Shown here: positions 59,629 to 64,000 of the stretch, in pieces
How positions within the stretch are numbered: position 1 is the stretch's first letter
Layout: every line of letters begins with the position of its first letter
NCBI GenBank assembly: GCA_012295275.1
Contig: CM022671.1
Coordinates: forward strand, 12,028,001-12,092,000
Source of the DNA: Chrysomallon squamiferum
Lineage: Eukaryota; Animalia; Mollusca
Direction: 5' to 3'
DNA length: 64,000 bases
Position numbers and translations under genes: made by a program
Notes under the pieces: model-generated
Database searches by the model: none
Told to the model about the DNA's origin: nothing
Seen by the model: only the letters and a program-made list of their open reading frames with translations

Positions 59629-61051
59629 ATTTAGAAATTAGCATTTACAAACACCAAACTGATATAATTCTTTTGTAATACGTTGATATGTAAAAGAAAA
59701 ACATCTCTAAGATACCCCCCCAAAAAAATAAAATAATAATAAATAAAATAAAATAAAATAAAATAAAATAAATAAATAAAATCCCACCCAACCAACAAAT
59801 AAACAAAAACAAAACACAAAACACAAAACAAAAAATGTATTATATACTTAATTGTTAATAATAGCTCAGAGCCGCAGTTAGAACGACTGTTATGTATAAT
59901 TATATGTTACTTTTGTTTTAACAGCTGGCTTTGGCTGGTTTGACACACTGACTTGCTAAGCAGTGATCAGGTTTCGTTGGTTAACATTATAGCTGGACAA
60001 ATAGGCTGAACATAACTCAAACTGACTCGGAGCAAATGAATCAGTCTACTACAGACACACCTTAAAAGACGGAATTAAATCGACTGGCTTACGTGATTTA
60101 TTAGTTGTTTTTCTTTAAAAAAAACAATAACAATCAAACAACACGTAAACAGAAGAAAGAAAGAAAGAAAAAAAAACACATTTGGCAAGGCAGGCTAGAA
60201 GTATTTAATTTCTTTTCGAAATTGAAATGACATTATGAACATTAATCTCACAACGACGTTGGTAATAAATAATATTTTAGAAACCAGATTTATTAAATTT
60301 CAAATTTAAAAAAACAAACATTTATTATTATTATTATTATTTTGTTTTTAACAGCTTGTTTAATTCTTCTTTTTCTTCATTGTTTTATTTATTTATTTCT
60401 CCCCCCCCCCGTTATCCAACGTTTTTGATTGTTAAACCTCGGATAATATTAATCTTTTTGTCAAAACTAATCTGTAATTCATTTAAACAAAATCGCTGAA
60501 TACAGAACTTTTGCTAAGATCAAGAACTTCCAGATGCTGTTAATGCAGTTAATTTCTATAGTTTTTCTTTACTTCATTATTTAACATGGCTTTGAAACGC
60601 CGCTGTAAAGTCGAGTAACAGGATAGCAGATAATTTATTTTATTTTATTATTATTTTTTAAATAAATAATTTTTTTTTAACATAACTGTTTTTAAATTAT
60701 TATTATTTTTCATTATTATACTGCATTCGGTATTATAGAACGGTCATGATATCAGTGTTTCTCACAGTCAGCTAAAGAAGTAATTATTCAAACTGAATTG
60801 CTGGGGGGAAAAAAGTATTTCCTAATACTTTATTATTATCGTGCTGATATTTTGTCTATTTCTTTTGAATAAATATGTTATTAAAAGTAAAGAATGTCTA
60901 GTTTAGCTAAAATTATAAATCTGACCCAGGTTTGAAAGTGGCATAGCTAACGTTTCATTCAAGTACGTCCATGTGATAACATAAAGCCATCGTTTCACAA
61001 AATCAACGATGATTTCTTTTCCAGATCTTAATCAGACATGCGTGCAGATTG

Positions 61052-61665
61052 CACCGGCGTGTTTAGACGGGGAGCAAAGGAGCCACCGCTCCCCATTAAC
61101 ACATTCTAAAAATTGGCGTCGTTTCAACAATATTTAATCTCTGGTTTATTTTTGCGATAAAAGTCAAATCTTATTTCTTATATAATTTAATTTTAAATTA
61201 TTTATTTATTTATTTATTTTCTAAGTTTTATATCTTTATCGCAAGGCCTAGTAACAATTTTATGGATTCATTACTTTATTCCACCAAAATCCCATTGTTC
61301 TGAACTGTCTGTGAGATCGGTGATGGACAAATATAGACTGGGTTATCTTGGCTCTCCAATGAAAGAGAATCGGCTACCGATGTGGATTATATAACACATT
61401 AACAGATATTGCTGGAGCGAAGTCTAGACAAAGGAAACCGATGTAATTGCATCATATATTGTTTAGCTTTGTTTTCATTTTACGTTTAAAATTGAAATGA
61501 TTAAATAACATCGCTTGTTTTTATTACACATTTTTATTATTATTATTGTTTTGATTTTAAATTCAAAATGATCATGTATAATGAGTTTTAAAATGTATGT
61601 ATCATGGCGGCTTTTTTTTTATATTCTCGTTCGTCTTAACTTTAAAACCTGGCTACGCCCCGACT
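61052..61665. mobile_element. Possible degenerate hAT-type MITE
   Basis: The left end CACCGGCGTGTTTAGACGGGGAGCAAAGGAGCCACCGCTCCCC and right end CTGGCTACGCCCCG resemble CAGGGGCGTAGCCAG-type inverted termini. No clean TSD. Confidence 0.35.
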
Positions 61666-64000
61666 GATTCGTACGCCGAGATTGCAGAGAGGGGAGGGAG
61701 GCAGTGTTTTAATAACATACTTTAATCCATTTTTATATTAAATTCTAAATAACATTAAGTACTGTACAGAGGAAAATCTGTGGAAAAGTAATATTTGACC
61801 GTGTGGTAATTCAGATTGTGGATAATTATTATTCTTTTACTTACTGTTTGTCCAACATTTGTGAAAATAGACAAAAAAGAGAAATATCAAGTATCATCCT
61901 CATGACGTTTTCAAAATATTTGTTTACCTGCATTTTTTATGATTAGCACAGTTTGGTTGTCTTGTTTGATGAACTAACCAGGTACATTTTTGAACAAACG
62001 ACCATTCAAACACACACACACACACACGATGATGAAAGTAACAGTAGAAGACTTTTAAAGTAATAAAAGTGGGAGGTTTAGCCAAACTAAAACTACATAA
62101 ATTAACCTCCAGCCTCCGTTAAACACCAACACAAAGCTGTAACATGAAATACAGCCTCTTTCACTTAAAAAGTTTTGAAATGGATGTTTTAATAATGAAA
62201 CTGAAAATGAGTTACTTAGTCAAGTGTACCATTATAATGAATAAATATTAATTTCACAGACTGAACAAAACTACTTGTTTTTTGTGTTTTAAAAAAAAAA
62301 AAAAAAGTTATATAAGAATGTTGAAATTCGGACACTATATGGTCCAGTTCATTAGAACTCTGTGCTTGCTGTGGAAATAACAGCACGTACAAAACAGTTC
62401 TCGTTCAGGAATGTCCACACTAAATGGTTATGATTTCTAGAAAACAACCAAGTGAGCTTCTTTTATGTAAAAAAATTTATTATTAAAATGATTTTCTAGA
62501 ATGTTACAAAAATATACACACATGATTCATGAATTTTTAGAATTGATGTACACATGAAATTAAAAAAGCATAGAACAATAAAAATTACATATTTTGAATT
62601 ATTTAAATTAAATACAAAATCAACATTATTTGAAAGATTTGGTAACATTTTCCGTTTGTCTGGAAAGGTGTGTTTCATGTTGCGTTACAAAGCACTGACA
62701 TGCTAAACATCAATAATTAAATAAAAAAGTAATTGTACAGATAGATTTTAAACTATAATTTAGTTTTCTCTAACAAGATTTCAGAAATATACTTTTTTAT
62801 TATTAATCCACACCAAAAAAGTGTCAGTTTGCAAATGCAGTTTTTATTTTTAAATAACATCTAAAAAGTCAGATTTAGAATGAACCACTCCTCACTGTTT
62901 TGTATGATGTGTGAAAAAACAGTAAACTCAAAACCTTTTACCTGAATTTTAAAAATTATACTTCTTACATGACTCGTATACTGTATATGGTTGATACATG
63001 TATATATAATTATTGATAAAATTATTATCAATATGAAATATAAAACACTGCCAATTTTCCTCAAATTGTAACTGCTCTTTTAAAATTAAACATTTAAATA
63101 TTTATTTAAAAACTATATACATTGTAAAATCTAAAATTTGGTTTATTAATAATTGTATCAATCACTGAAAAATATACTGTGGAAATTGAATATTTTAAAT
63201 TCTAATAAACTATTCAGTGTAAACACAACCAAATTAATCTTCAGAACCAAGGATATTCACCAGTAACAAAATTATCTATACTAAATAAAATACTTGCTGA
63301 TAAATGTATAGATATTAATTCAAAATTCAGCTTGCTAAAGACAAAGACCACGTATGGCATTTCATACTGAGATTTGATTCACAACTATAGAGCATATAAA
63401 TATAAAAATAAAAATATTTGTAAAAAAAATTCTGCATCTTATGAACTACCTATTAGAAAAGTATCTACTAATTTTTAACACCTGTGAAAGAAAACAGATA
63501 TTATTATTAAATGTTTGGAAGAACACAGATTATGGCAAATTCTTTGTTTATAAAAAGTCGTGTAAACAGTTGTTACCTTTTTTGAAATCAGGATTTAATA
63601 GTCACCATTAAGTTTGAAAGGATTTTACAGTAGCCAGTTGTAATTATCTGAGAAAAATTAGGTGTATACAAATACTCTCATTATAACAAATATTATATCA
63701 TAAGGAATGTTATGAAAAAATAATTATAGATAAAAGCTATGGTTATCAATATGCTCACAAAATATTTTATGTACATATGATCATGGAATATATGAAATTA
63801 TTTTGATCAAATGACTATTACAAAATATATACATTATAAAACATGTAAGCGGACTTCTTAATTACAAAGGAATAAGAGATAAATACAAATGGTTTAAAAA
63901 GTAACCAGGAATGTTTGTAGGTAACACATAATAACTATACTACTTCCATGTGGATGATCTGTGTGGTTTGTAGTCAGTTTTAAAAAATGGTAGAAAATAA

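Noticed and set aside
59700-64000. Additional genes or RNA genes in the last 4 kb
   Set aside because: No convincing exon chain, tRNA or rRNA found; AT-rich intergenic or intronic sequence.

Overview
AT-rich, microsatellite-rich animal genomic DNA with spliceosomal GT-AG introns; the gene and repeat content looks invertebrate, probably mollusc-like, but the species cannot be named from this window. I assembled five multi-exon genes by hand. (1) A spermidine synthase-family aminopropyltransferase (+, 2100-7219, 8 exons) with a remodelled amine-acceptor pocket and a possible spliced uORF. (2) ARPC3 (-, 8676-11694). (3) GPN3 (+, 12969-16981), head-to-head with ARPC3. (4) An unidentified 335-aa coiled-coil gene (-, 19308-23319). 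(5) A 21-exon L1/neuroglian-type adhesion gene (-, 39976-52455) with the layout SP-6xIg-5xFN3-acidic Tyr patch-mucin stalk-7th Ig-GPI-like tail. The 27-39 kb interval holds transposon remnants: Gypsy RNase H, a FLYWCH Mutator-like element, a LINE RT, an Academ-like element and a MITE. The most notable signals are in the adhesion gene. An 11-bp duplication in the mucin exon creates a premature stop that removes the membrane anchor. A 38-bp intronic minisatellite has units that each read as donor-acceptor plus an in-frame 18-nt microexon (FKTRYQ). All gene models come from reading the sequence only; no transcript or database evidence was available.
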